DNA of 30,013 bases from a virus (lineage: Duplodnaviria > Caudoviricetes). The stretch is from the IMG/VR virus record IMGVR_UViG_3300043393_000115, positions 1 through 30,013 of that record; one strand, 5' to 3'. Shown piece after piece: positions 16,548-26,405 of this stretch. A model generated the notes under the pieces. The model was not told the origin of the DNA, ran no database searches, and was given only the letters and a program-made list of their open reading frames with translations. Within the stretch, counting starts at the first letter, position 1, and every line of letters begins with the position of its first letter. The translations under genes were made by a program, and so were the position numbers.

Positions 16548-18304
16548 TGGCCATTCAACCGCTCGGAATATTTACCTTTTACGATAAACAGCGATTCACG
16601 CAGTTCGGTGCGATGGACTGTGCTAATTTCTATAAAATAGAAGTGGAATCTGCTAAGAAAAAACAAGCCTTATATCCTGCTATGGGTCGAAAACATGTCA
16701 ATTTCTTTAATGAGAATCGTCTTGTATACATCCATCAGCCACGGTTTATATTTAAGTCCATTGATTATCTTTATGTTGTTGTAGGCACGCAATTATTCCA
16801 ATACGACAGATTCTACAATGAAAGGCTCGTGGGATTTGTCCATAATACTGGCCCTATTTGGTGGGCGGTTTTGCCTGTGGGAAATGTGGTCTATATAATG
16901 CTAACCACCAATGGTAAGATATTTGTGATAACTGAAGATGCAGGGACAATTAATTATGAGCAAGCTACAGGAACTGGTGTCCCGACTAACCCGCTTTATG
17001 TGGCGGCATTCGGAAACAGGTTTGTGGTTAGCGATGCTAATACTCCTGATTATTTCTTATCTCAAGTTAACTTAGCTGGAAATTCTAGCACTTGGTTTAA
17101 TGTTCCTGGGGTACCAGGAGGCTCATTATTCAACAGAGCCTCAGGAAGAATAGGGCAATTTGCAGTCCTTCATAACCAGCTATACATCATGTGCGATTTT
17201 ACAACCGATGTTTGGTCTAATATCCCAACCCAGATTACTGTTTCAGGCTCAACTGCAGAATTCCCTTGGAAGTTAAACACATCCTATAACTTTGATTACG
17301 GGATAGCTGACCCTTTATCTTTATCGATAGACTTTGGTCGCATGGTATGGCTTGCTAAAAACTCCAATGGCCTTGTTAGCTTTATGGCTTCCAATGGTTC
17401 GCAGCCTCAAGATATCTCAACGCAGGCCATTAATGTACTCCTTGAGCAATCAGAAGCTGAAGAAGGACAAGTTAATCCTTTCTTAAACCTAGATACAGAT
17501 GGGTTCTTATACCAATACGAAAACACCGTGTTTTATAGGGTTTCAGCAGGTAATTATGATGATACCCAACTGCTAGACCCACCAGATACATCTGCTGATT
17601 CAATCGAATTTAACTTTGAAACGCAGACCTGGGCGAGAGTTATAGAACTAAATGGCTCAAGGTGCCGTATACAAAAACACACATTTTTTAATAACAAGCA
17701 TTTAGTAATCATACAAAAAGACAACGCAGTTTATGAAATGGCAGGAAATATCTATCACAATGAATTAAGAACACCTGATACAGACCCACAAGCAACCAAT
17801 GCCTTTACTAAATACCCGATGCGTTATGAGCTAGTAACCACGCAAATTTTCTTAGACGATTACGCGGAGTTTATAGATGATTACGTTGAAATCGATTTTG
17901 TCTTTGGTGATAGGACGTTTTACAGGAATAATGCGCCGTTTGATAATACGGTTTTTATTGTCGATGAAACTTCGACTGCCGATGTGCCTGTATATCTTCT
18001 TACGGAAGATGATGCATTTATTATCGAAGAAGGTTCAAATACGCCTGCCTTTGATGACAATCACTACAATGCGTTATTCAAGCCTCATATTGAGTTATTT
18101 TATTCTGATGATGGTGGTGTTACTTATGAAGCTGCTGATTTGCGTGAATTTAGCCCCTTAGGGGAGTACAGGTGGCGTATGCGCTGGTATGAGTTAAGTA
18201 TCAGCCGAAATCGCTGCTATAAGCTTGTATGCGTATCTAGTGCGCCAATAGTCATTTTAGGTGCTGTCCGTAACACAAGGCGCGCAAGTGGAGGGGCTAA
18301 CTAA
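16547..18304 (+). CDS. tail nozzle / packaged DNA stabilization protein (P22 gp10-like)
   Basis: Beta-propeller-like; ISTQAIN, YSDDGGVTY...LGEYRWRMRWYEL C-terminal motif. Confidence 0.85.
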   Translation: MAIQPLGIFTFYDKQRFTQFGAMDCANFYKIEVESAKKKQALYPAMGRKHVNFFNENRLVYIHQPRFIFKSIDYLYVVVGTQLFQYDRFYNERLVGFVHNTGPIWWAVLPVGNVVYIMLTTNGKIFVITEDAGTINYEQATGTGVPTNPLYVAAFGNRFVVSDANTPDYFLSQVNLAGNSSTWFNVPGVPGGSLFNRASGRIGQFAVLHNQLYIMCDFTTDVWSNIPTQITVSGSTAEFPWKLNTSYNFDYGIADPLSLSIDFGRMVWLAKNSNGLVSFMASNGSQPQDISTQAINVLLEQSEAEEGQVNPFLNLDTDGFLYQYENTVFYRVSAGNYDDTQLLDPPDTSADSIEFNFETQTWARVIELNGSRCRIQKHTFFNNKHLVIIQKDNAVYEMAGNIYHNELRTPDTDPQATNAFTKYPMRYELVTTQIFLDDYAEFIDDYVEIDFVFGDRTFYRNNAPFDNTVFIVDETSTADVPVYLLTEDDAFIIEEGSNTPAFDDNHYNALFKPHIELFYSDDGGVTYEAADLREFSPLGEYRWRMRWYELSISRNRCYKLVCVSSAPIVILGAVRNTRRASGGAN

Positions 18305-18603
18305 TGGCCATATTCTTAGATAGAGTGGATTCATCCCCTTTGCAGGAAACTAAATTCCCATTTGAATTTGAGTCCTGGGTAAGTAACTTAGTTGACTCAT
18401 TAAACAAAAATCTACAAGTTATCCAAGATGCACTAAACCTGTATAATAATGGATTAATAGCACCTAGCTTCACAACAGTAGAGATTGCGGCCCTAGACCC
18501 TGATTTAGACGATGGCGTAATCCTTTATGACAGCACATTAAATCTTTATGTCGGAAAAATAAGTGGCACATTAGTGCAATTCACAACAGCAGCTTATCCA
18601 TAA
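18304..18603 (+). CDS. small tail-associated protein
   Basis: TAATG coupling to the nozzle gene. Confidence 0.7.
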   Translation: MAIFLDRVDSSPLQETKFPFEFESWVSNLVDSLNKNLQVIQDALNLYNNGLIAPSFTTVEIAALDPDLDDGVILYDSTLNLYVGKISGTLVQFTTAAYP

Positions 18604-18632
18604 GGATTGGATAATACACAAGGAGTGTGACT

Positions 18633-19208
18633 ATGAGCTGGCTATCAGACTTTTTCAATCCAGGCAGGGCGTATAAATCCGCAGGCCACACTATGGATAA
18701 GTATTATCAAGAGGGCAAAGGATATACACAGCCCTATATGGACGCATTAATGGACCCGCAGGGTTTGCAAAATAAGTGGACTCAAGGGTATGAAACTAGC
18801 CCCTATGCAAAGCAAGCTATGGATATGGCATCTCAGTCAGGGCTTAATGCAGCCTCTTCAATGGGCCTTATGGGTTCCACTCCTGCACTCCAAGCAATCC
18901 AAGGTGGGGCGTCCAATATCGCCATGGCTGATAGGCAAAATTATCTAAATGACTTGATGAATAAGTATCAAATGGGTGCAGGAATGGCCACAAATGCTCA
19001 AGGTAACGCTATGCATATGGGCGATGCAATGGGTGGGCTTAAATTCGGTGAGCGCCAAGCAGGTTCCAATATGATTGGCCAAGGGCTTAATTTTGCAGGG
19101 AATTTGGCAGGCAATTGGCTAACGGGCGGATTTGGTCAAGGGGGTATGGGTCGCGGTATGTTCCAGCCTAACCAAGACTACATGTCAGGCCGCGGCCGAG
19201 GATACTAG
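18633..19208 (+). CDS. DNA ejection protein, gp7-like (start MSWLSD)
   Basis: G/A/M/Q-rich; SPYAKQA...AASSMGLMGS; synteny. Confidence 0.75.
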   Translation: MSWLSDFFNPGRAYKSAGHTMDKYYQEGKGYTQPYMDALMDPQGLQNKWTQGYETSPYAKQAMDMASQSGLNAASSMGLMGSTPALQAIQGGASNIAMADRQNYLNDLMNKYQMGAGMATNAQGNAMHMGDAMGGLKFGERQAGSNMIGQGLNFAGNLAGNWLTGGFGQGGMGRGMFQPNQDYMSGRGRGY

Positions 19209-19217
19209 GAGAAAATC

Positions 19218-20393
19218 ATGGCAAGTATATCACAAATCCCTTTTCCTAAATCCGGCATAGATGTCTTTGGCGAAGGCATGAATCGTATGCTCGATCATAT
19301 TATGAAGCGCCAGCAAATGGCCAAAGAAGCTATGCCGCACCCATCAGGTGACGTTGCCAATGCTCTGTTCGTAGAACAACTACGTTCAAAATTTGGCGAA
19401 AATGACCCTAGATATTTACAGGCCAAAGCAGCACACGACCTCGGTCTTAAAGGTAAAGAATCTTTATTCGATTATCGGAGCAGTCTGATGCAGACCGCAC
19501 CTTTTAGGGCTTTATCTCCAACAGGAAAAACGCTTGCAGAATCTCGTGGTCAATCTCCTCTAGATGCAAAAATGAAAGCCATGGGCGTTCCTGGTGCAAA
19601 TCCAAAGATTAAAGAGGTTGTTGGAGAGCAAGGATATGATGAAAATGGAAATCCTGTTTACGATGAAGAAGAATCGATATCTATAACAGGGGACCCAGAA
19701 AAAGATGAGATTTATAAACGCGCTTTGACTAAACAAACTACTGATGCGGCCGCTAGGAATATTTATTTGCGCGCACAGAACTTAGATAAAACCCGTAAGG
19801 CAATTGATGTTAATGACCTTACTAGATATTCAGGTTTAAAAGGTACAGGACAATACTTATTGGAGTCAGCCAAAGCGAGCGCGGGCAATCCTTCTCCTGA
19901 ATTTATAGCTCATTCTCAGGCTATGAACAGCGCTTCATTAATGGCAGACCAAATGAGGCAATTTTATGGGGATTCTATTCAGCCATCAGCAATGCAACGC
20001 CTACGGGAATTGTCTAACCCATCTACTTGGCTAAAAGATCCTAAGGTTGCTAAAGCGGAATTTGACCAATTAAATAAAATTCTGGATCAAGAAACCGAAA
20101 CCTATAAGAACGCCGCTACAGCTCCAGAAAAATTGAATAAAATTAAGTTCCAAGATGGAAAATTTTCAGTTGAAAAGACTAATGACTCGAAGAATCCAGC
20201 TAACATTTTAAATGATGACCAACAGCAACAATTTGCTATTGAGATGTCTCAGCAATTAATGGATGCGCTTCCCGAAGCTACTCCTAAAAATATTTTAGAA
20301 ACAGCCAGGGCTTCTGGAAAGTCTGTTAATGAAGTAGTTAATTACTTAATGAAACAAAAACAACGCGTGCTGGAAATGCAGGGAGGCCAATAA
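19218..20393 (+). CDS. putative DNA ejection protein (gp20 position)
   Basis: Helical, Cys-free; AGGAG RBS; synteny. Confidence 0.65.
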   Translation: MASISQIPFPKSGIDVFGEGMNRMLDHIMKRQQMAKEAMPHPSGDVANALFVEQLRSKFGENDPRYLQAKAAHDLGLKGKESLFDYRSSLMQTAPFRALSPTGKTLAESRGQSPLDAKMKAMGVPGANPKIKEVVGEQGYDENGNPVYDEEESISITGDPEKDEIYKRALTKQTTDAAARNIYLRAQNLDKTRKAIDVNDLTRYSGLKGTGQYLLESAKASAGNPSPEFIAHSQAMNSASLMADQMRQFYGDSIQPSAMQRLRELSNPSTWLKDPKVAKAEFDQLNKILDQETETYKNAATAPEKLNKIKFQDGKFSVEKTNDSKNPANILNDDQQQQFAIEMSQQLMDALPEATPKNILETARASGKSVNEVVNYLMKQKQRVLEMQGGQ

Positions 20394-21769
20394 TGGCTAA
20401 TCTCTTTGAAATTTACCCAGAAGAACAGGGGAACAAAAAAGCAGCTAACCTATTTGAGGTCTACAAGGATGACTCTTACCATCCAGACATGGATCCTATG
20501 GAAACTGCTCGCGCAGAGATAAAAAAGCAATATCCCGGAATGCCTGATTGGCTTAGAGAAGGGATATTAAAAACAGTAGGAACAGAACCACATCCAGTGC
20601 TTGAAGCGGCTTCTAAAGGAATTTCTAATGTTACTGATTACATCCCAGCGGCAGTTGGAGGTGCTTTGCAAGGCGCTTCCATACCAATAAGAGGAGCTGC
20701 AAGCTTATTTCCAGGAAAGTTTGCTCAGAATTTAGCTAACTCACCCGACTTAAGAGGATTGTTTCCAGAAGCACAAGGTACTGGTCAAAAGTCAGTTCAG
20801 ATGGCTGCAGAGCTTGCTGGTGGCGGCGGTTTATTTGGTAAATTAATGCAAGGAGTTAAAGGCGCTGCTCAATTAGCCAGGGTACCTCAATCGCTACAAA
20901 ATTCTGCTGCACTCGCTGGCGCAGGAGCTATAGCAACTCCCGGAGACATTGGAGATAAATCGGTAGGAGCAGGTGGTGCATTAGCTTTAGGAGGGCTAGG
21001 AAATGTAGCTCAAAAAGTTGGTAGCAAAGTTTCTGAGACCATTCCTGCTTTTTTAAGAGGGCTTTCCAGTAAATCAACCAAAAAAGATCTGGTTTCTGCA
21101 ATACAAAAACCACATGACCTTCTAGAATCTTCGGCAAATGAACTTTATGGCCAGGTTAATCAAGCTATCAAAAATAGAAATATTAATATACCAATGAAAC
21201 CAGAATTTCTTGCGCAAGCACGTGAATATTTTCCTAGAAAAACATCCGTTGATGAATTGTTTGATAAAGCAAAGGCTGGCGACTACAAAGCAATACATAA
21301 AATTCAAAGCAGCCTTTATAAAAAAGGTACTAAACAGTTAGCAGGTGATGATTTAGTTAGTGAAAACGAAGGGGAAGAAATAATAGACTTACGTGATCGC
21401 ATGAATGATTTCCTGGAAGATCACTTGATAAAAGAAGGTCACTTAGATGTTGCGCACGTTTTAAAGCAAGGGAAAAATTCTTTTGCGGAATTAATGAATA
21501 CTTACTTTCCGAAACATTTAAGAAAAGGGATTGGTAAAATGGTTCATCCTGAATTGAGGTTGATACCAAAAAACCCAGAGAATTTATTTGCAGAAGACTC
21601 TGTACCAATGAGAAATTTTCTTGAAAAACATCCTGAGGCTGCAAAACATGCTTTAGGAGTTCAGGAAAAAAAAGAAGCAAATAAAATGCTGAAAAAGTTA
21701 TTATTAGGCAGTGTATATTCTACAGCAGGAGCAGGTGGGGCAGCTTCTTTGTATAACTTATTCAAGTGA
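20393..21769 (+). CDS. putative DNA ejection protein (gp16 position)
   Basis: Gly/Ala-rich amphipathic segments; TAATG coupling; synteny. Confidence 0.65.
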   Translation: MANLFEIYPEEQGNKKAANLFEVYKDDSYHPDMDPMETARAEIKKQYPGMPDWLREGILKTVGTEPHPVLEAASKGISNVTDYIPAAVGGALQGASIPIRGAASLFPGKFAQNLANSPDLRGLFPEAQGTGQKSVQMAAELAGGGGLFGKLMQGVKGAAQLARVPQSLQNSAALAGAGAIATPGDIGDKSVGAGGALALGGLGNVAQKVGSKVSETIPAFLRGLSSKSTKKDLVSAIQKPHDLLESSANELYGQVNQAIKNRNINIPMKPEFLAQAREYFPRKTSVDELFDKAKAGDYKAIHKIQSSLYKKGTKQLAGDDLVSENEGEEIIDLRDRMNDFLEDHLIKEGHLDVAHVLKQGKNSFAELMNTYFPKHLRKGIGKMVHPELRLIPKNPENLFAEDSVPMRNFLEKHPEAAKHALGVQEKKEANKMLKKLLLGSVYSTAGAGGAASLYNLFK

Positions 21770-21771
21770 AT

Positions 21772-21840
21772 TTAGTCGCCCATAGCCTTCCATACCAATG
21801 GAAATAAAATAATAAATGTAATTATAAAAACAGTTAACAT
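21772..21840 (-). CDS. 22-aa hydrophobic peptide MLTVFIITFIILFPLVWKAMGD, not in ORF track
   Basis: Perfect TAGGAGGT RBS; last gene of the leftward accessory operon. Confidence 0.65.
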   Translation of the reverse strand: MLTVFIITFIILFPLVWKAMGD

Positions 21841-21849
21841 AATAACCTC

Positions 21850-22074
21850 CTAAACTAACTTAAACGCATGTAGTATCACAGGAATTAAGAACGAAGCCAC
21901 AATTATAGAAACCAAGGCTATAAACATTGTTTCAATTTTAGAATTGAGCTTATCAAATCGTTCATCTACCCTATCAAGCTTACGATTTGTATCTGTAGCC
22001 AAATTTTCTAGAATTCTTATTCTTGTCTCATGGTCTATATAAAATTCAACTGTGTCATCAGATTTCTTGTTCAT
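21850..22074 (-). CDS. coiled-coil protein with C-terminal TM helix
   Basis: HETRIRILE...LDRVDERFDKL followed by a hydrophobic tail; AGGA RBS. Confidence 0.72.
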   Translation of the reverse strand: MNKKSDDTVEFYIDHETRIRILENLATDTNRKLDRVDERFDKLNSKIETMFIALVSIIVASFLIPVILHAFKLV

Positions 22075-22090
22075 AAATAATCCTATTCTC

Positions 22091-22216
22091 TCATTTTATT
22101 TTATTAATTATAGCTTCAAGACGAAGAATGTCTTTCTTAAGAAATTCAATAGCCTGTTCTAATAATGCCAATCTAGTCGCTTCACTGTATTGATTCTTAA
22201 TGTATTCATAGTCCAC
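22091..22216 (-). CDS. 41-aa coiled-coil peptide (MDYEYIKNQYSEATRLALLEQ...), not in ORF track
   Basis: GTG start with AAGG upstream; fills the gap between neighbouring genes. Confidence 0.55.
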   Translation of the reverse strand: MDYEYIKNQYSEATRLALLEQAIEFLKKDILRLEAIINKIK

Positions 22217-22226
22217 TCTATATGCC

Positions 22227-22448
22227 TTATTTCTTCTTAAATATCCCATATGTCTGAGAGGCAATCATCTGTTCCTGCTTCTCTTTTTCAAGCAGCACTA
22301 AAACTTCTTGCATAGCGAATATATATCCAGTTGCAAATGCTTTAGTTGTAGGAGGAGTAGCATCAGTCATATTGTGAGTCTCTTCGACTATTATGTCTTT
22401 TCTCTGTCTTATAATGTTTTCTAGTCGATCTTGCATGGGTTCACTCAT
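22227..22448 (-). CDS. hypothetical protein
   Basis: ORF with -10-like TACAAT/TATAAT immediately upstream. Confidence 0.6.
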   Translation of the reverse strand: MSEPMQDRLENIIRQRKDIIVEETHNMTDATPPTTKAFATGYIFAMQEVLVLLEKEKQEQMIASQTYGIFKKK

Positions 22449-22626
22449 GATTAATTATAGTTGATTGTAGCACGATTTGGGTAAAATAAAAGCATTATTA
22501 TTTTGTTTGTAATCAGATATTTATGAGGATCTTTTGAGAGAGTTATTGTAGAATCGAAACTTCAGCCGGACATATGGGTTAGCGCCCTGCCCGGCTTTAT
22601 CATCATGTCTACGGGGAAAGAATATC

Positions 22627-23136
22627 ATGTCTATAAAAAAAATAAAGCACATATTTGACCAACTACCTAAAATAGTTAGAAAACATCCTGAATTAACTCC
22701 AAAAGATAAAATCGTCTTCCTAGAAATATACGATGTTTTAAAAGATAAACCTTACGCATGCCACAGAAATGAAACCTTAGCCAAGGCAACTAACTTGTCT
22801 GTTCGTACTATCGCAAGAGTTCTAAATACCCTTGAGCGGCTAGGAATTCTAATAAGAGAAGGGATTTCATTTAATAGACGATTTTTTCTGGGTAAATTAT
22901 TTACTGTTTCCGAATATTTATATACCAAAATTACTCAGACTAAAAAAAATTTATCCACCTGTGCCAAAAAGGTAGTAGGCATGAGCCAGGTTGGCAAACA
23001 TACTAAGAACTTCTTTAATAAGAATTATAATAAGGCTCCTTCTGAAGAGGAAACGATATACAAATGGTACAAAGATAATTCTAATGTAGAAATGCCGGCT
23101 TATCTTAAGGATTTATTTCCGGAACCTATAGTATAA
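22627..23136 (+). CDS. winged-HTH protein, replication-initiator-like
   Basis: LTPKDKIVFLEI...NETLAKATNLSVRTIARVLNTLERLGIL; Asn/Lys-rich tail. Confidence 0.75.
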   Translation: MSIKKIKHIFDQLPKIVRKHPELTPKDKIVFLEIYDVLKDKPYACHRNETLAKATNLSVRTIARVLNTLERLGILIREGISFNRRFFLGKLFTVSEYLYTKITQTKKNLSTCAKKVVGMSQVGKHTKNFFNKNYNKAPSEEETIYKWYKDNSNVEMPAYLKDLFPEPIV

Positions 23137-23386
23137 ATTTAGAAGATTAATAAACAATTTTAAGAATCAAGTTGGGTCTTGAGGGTTCGACTCACTCTTA
23201 AATGGAGAAATGAATAATGAGGGATAAAGTATTTACCTTAATAATGATTTTTATACTATTGGGACTTTCTTTATGTATTGTGCTAGACCCCATGGATATC
23301 GACGCAGCACATCAGAATATATTTTACAAAATAGAAACTTGGATTTGGTAATGCGTTTAACGAGAAAAAAGCGAAGGGTAGCGAAA

Positions 23387-23776
23387 ATGAACGAACACAA
23401 TTCATTACTTAGTACGCGAGAGGCCGCAGAAATTGTAGGCTATAGCGTAAGACACATACAAACTATGATAAAGAAAGGAAAGCTTTCTGCAATAAGGGAT
23501 GAGGCAGGCAATTACATCATCGATAAGTCTGAGTTTTACCGCGTATTCCCTGATGCGAATGCTAAGCGAACAGAGACGAAAAAAGAAGCGCTGGAAGTTG
23601 AAATCACGTATTTGAAAGAAATGGTTGCTGAAAAATCACGCCAAAATGAGTTCTTAGTTCAACAGCTACAAGAATCAGCCACTGAGAAGACTGCTTTGAT
23701 TGAGACGCTTAATAGTAATCAACGGTTACTTGAACACAAAAGCAAACCTAGAAAGAAATTCTTAGGCTTGTTCTAG
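23387..23776 (+). CDS. excisionase-type HTH plus coiled-coil DNA-binding protein (start MNEHNSLL)
   Basis: LSTREAAEIVGYSVRHIQTMIKKGKLSA...YIIDKSEFYRVF; coiled coil ending RKKFLGLF. Confidence 0.78.
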   Translation: MNEHNSLLSTREAAEIVGYSVRHIQTMIKKGKLSAIRDEAGNYIIDKSEFYRVFPDANAKRTETKKEALEVEITYLKEMVAEKSRQNEFLVQQLQESATEKTALIETLNSNQRLLEHKSKPRKKFLGLF

Positions 23777-23859
23777 AAATTCCTCACATTTTTAATACCC
23801 CACTGAATTCGTTATACTAGATACCAGAATATAGAACGCTGCTTAAAAAGGATTTTAAG

Positions 23860-26043
23860 ATGGCAACTCCGATATACGTAAGAGGGTCTAACCCAGTTTG
23901 GAGCTTTGTTGACCTTCAAGGCAATCAATTCGATGATACGTTTTATATGTTCGTTCTGGAGAACACGCTGCCTTACGCGCCTGCAATGGTATGGCATGAC
24001 CCTTTCGGTAACGTGGTATGGACTAACCCTATACAATTCCTGGCAAATGGCACGCTGCCTATAGATATATTCTGGGATCCTGACATGGTCTACAGATTAG
24101 AATTCAGGCAAGGCCCAACACAATCAGACCCATTAATTTATCTTGTTGAGAATTACACTCCCGGCGGTGGCGGCGGTGGAAATCCTCCTATTGAAGAATT
24201 GGCAATTGTTACAGGGAACATGATTACCAACCCACAATTTTCTCTTGTGAGTTTTAGTTCCCCATTTACCTATTCGGGAAGTGCACCATCAGATGGTATA
24301 GCAGTAGCACCAGGCTGGGATTTAATATTGGCAGGGTCAGGTACTGTAGTACTTACGAAGGTTCCTCTAAGCAGTGTTGATCAGGTTCCTACGAACGCCC
24401 CATATGCACTTAGGATAACCTTAACCGGAAGCTGGACAGGAACTCCTTATTTAAGGCAAAGATTTAATCAAGCTGGAATGCTGTGGGCTAATACAAGGAC
24501 TCCTCAGCCTAATTCTTATGTTTCAGGTTCCATAACCGCAAGGGTTGAAAATATTCCTGTAAGCCTATTTACTAGGCTAGATGCATCTACTGGTGCACCT
24601 CAAGCTATCATTATTCCGTCATCAATTATTAACGATCAATATGACGTATATCCTGGCCAAAATGTTATGCCAGTTACAACCAATACGGACATACCGCCAG
24701 ATGCCTACATAGATTATAAAATATTTTTTCCAAATAATTCTGATATTTACTTAACTAGTATTCAGTTAGTTAAAAGTAATTTTGAATTACCCATACAATA
24801 TCCCTATGAGCAAGAAACTATTGAACGACAAGTTGACCATACGTTTCACTACTATCGTGAAAGTATTTTGTTTCAACCTAAGTCTAGTATTTTGACAGGA
24901 TGGGACTTTTCTCTTAATCCTTGGCAGTTTACAAGTACTACGAGTGCAGATTTGGCTAGTAATGCTTACACTGCTGACCAGTCAATTATCATCCAACAAG
25001 CTTATGTAGCCTCAGCTACTCCTAATAATATCCAAGTTGGACGTGGAACGGCTGCTCAGAATTATGGACTTAAAGTTACCTCAAAAACAGCCACAAACCA
25101 GTTCGCAGCATTGCAATACATTGACCCAGCAATCTGCAGACCCTACTGGGGAGGAACATTATCCTCCTTAGTCAAAGTCTTTGTTCAAAAGCAAAGTTCT
25201 GTTGGTGATTTACGCGTTAAAATGAAGCTTCTAAGAAGCACAGGAATTCCCACTACAACTAACCAAACATATCCGGTATCTTCCTGGTCAGCCTTGGGAG
25301 AGCCTTCTTATAACGGCGCATGGAGTGCAGTGTCTGCCGTTAATGACCCTGTCTATAATCTAGTGGCAGGGGAAAATATAATTACTTTTGACGGCTTTAA
25401 TTTAGCTGCAGCGACTAATGATAACGAGACACTAGCAATTATATTTTACACAATTGACCCCATGACTTCTTCTGGTACGCCTGATTTCATAATCTTAGAT
25501 AGTATATCTTTGGTACCTAATGAGTTCGCTATTGCAAGTAATCCACTCACCTTTGAGCAGACTTTGAAGGGGTGTGAATATTATTATGAGAAGTCTTATA
25601 AAACTATAGATTTGCCTGGAACTGTGACCCAACAAAATGCAATTTGTGCTCCAATGAATCCTTTCGCACTTACAGGTTCAAACCAAATTACTTGTGTGGC
25701 GCAAGATTTTGGTCATCAGTATAGAACGCCAAAAAGAGAGTTTTCATCAATTCCAACACTTACCTTTTATTCTGGAACGACCATCAATCCCAATACGGCA
25801 CAAGCCTACATTTATCATGCTGCTGGCGGAGGTCAAAATGACACCTTGGAGATTGTTTTTAACGATCATTTTACTGCTTTCGGATTCAATGATAGTAAAG
25901 GATTTTCATATCGAGCAATATTAACAGACGGTTCTTCGCCTTCTAGAATGGTTACATGTAGTTATCCAGGGGTAGCTACAGGGTCCATTGCGGGAGCTAG
26001 TCTTCTTTATCATTTCACATCAGACGCACGAATGGGAGTTTAA
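23860..26043 (+). CDS. tail fibre/tailspike-like virion protein
   Basis: N-terminal head-binding-like region (WTNPIQFLANG), beta-rich body, CEYYYEKSY motif. Confidence 0.75.
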   Translation: MATPIYVRGSNPVWSFVDLQGNQFDDTFYMFVLENTLPYAPAMVWHDPFGNVVWTNPIQFLANGTLPIDIFWDPDMVYRLEFRQGPTQSDPLIYLVENYTPGGGGGGNPPIEELAIVTGNMITNPQFSLVSFSSPFTYSGSAPSDGIAVAPGWDLILAGSGTVVLTKVPLSSVDQVPTNAPYALRITLTGSWTGTPYLRQRFNQAGMLWANTRTPQPNSYVSGSITARVENIPVSLFTRLDASTGAPQAIIIPSSIINDQYDVYPGQNVMPVTTNTDIPPDAYIDYKIFFPNNSDIYLTSIQLVKSNFELPIQYPYEQETIERQVDHTFHYYRESILFQPKSSILTGWDFSLNPWQFTSTTSADLASNAYTADQSIIIQQAYVASATPNNIQVGRGTAAQNYGLKVTSKTATNQFAALQYIDPAICRPYWGGTLSSLVKVFVQKQSSVGDLRVKMKLLRSTGIPTTTNQTYPVSSWSALGEPSYNGAWSAVSAVNDPVYNLVAGENIITFDGFNLAAATNDNETLAIIFYTIDPMTSSGTPDFIILDSISLVPNEFAIASNPLTFEQTLKGCEYYYEKSYKTIDLPGTVTQQNAICAPMNPFALTGSNQITCVAQDFGHQYRTPKREFSSIPTLTFYSGTTINPNTAQAYIYHAAGGGQNDTLEIVFNDHFTAFGFNDSKGFSYRAILTDGSSPSRMVTCSYPGVATGSIAGASLLYHFTSDARMGV

Positions 26044-26046
26044 AAC

Positions 26047-26382
26047 ATGGCTATACAATATAATGCTAACTTTATAGAAACAATGCCTTTTAGTGATGTT
26101 TGCGCACAAGTTAACTGTGCTGCATCAACAGAAGAAACTTTTACTGTCCCTGGCAGTGCAACCATCCAATACCAAGCCTATTTTGAATACGCATCCGATT
26201 CCAATGTTTTTATACGTTTAAATGGTACCCCTGCAATACCTGCGAGTGGCACTGTCGGAACAGAGCAGTACAATGAATTTAAGCCTATCAAACGATATGT
26301 AAAAGGCGGTGATGTGCTTCATTTTATTACCCCTGATACCAATGCTTATATAGGCGTATCACTAAGGCAACTTCCTGGCTAA
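26047..26382 (+). CDS. small beta-rich virion protein
   Basis: GGGAG RBS; position in the tail cluster. Confidence 0.7.
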   Translation: MAIQYNANFIETMPFSDVCAQVNCAASTEETFTVPGSATIQYQAYFEYASDSNVFIRLNGTPAIPASGTVGTEQYNEFKPIKRYVKGGDVLHFITPDTNAYIGVSLRQLPG

Positions 26383-26405
26383 AAATTAATTAATCATAAG
26401 GCTTC

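Noticed and set aside
6726-22216. Two ORFs both starting GTGGACTATGA (MDYEY) at 6739 and 22216
   Set aside because: Only 11-14 bp shared with no further similarity; could be chance.
23157-23203. T-arm-like GAGGG-TTCGACT-CACTC suggesting a tRNA or attP
   Set aside because: Mismatched stem; no D arm, anticodon arm, acceptor stem or CCA end.
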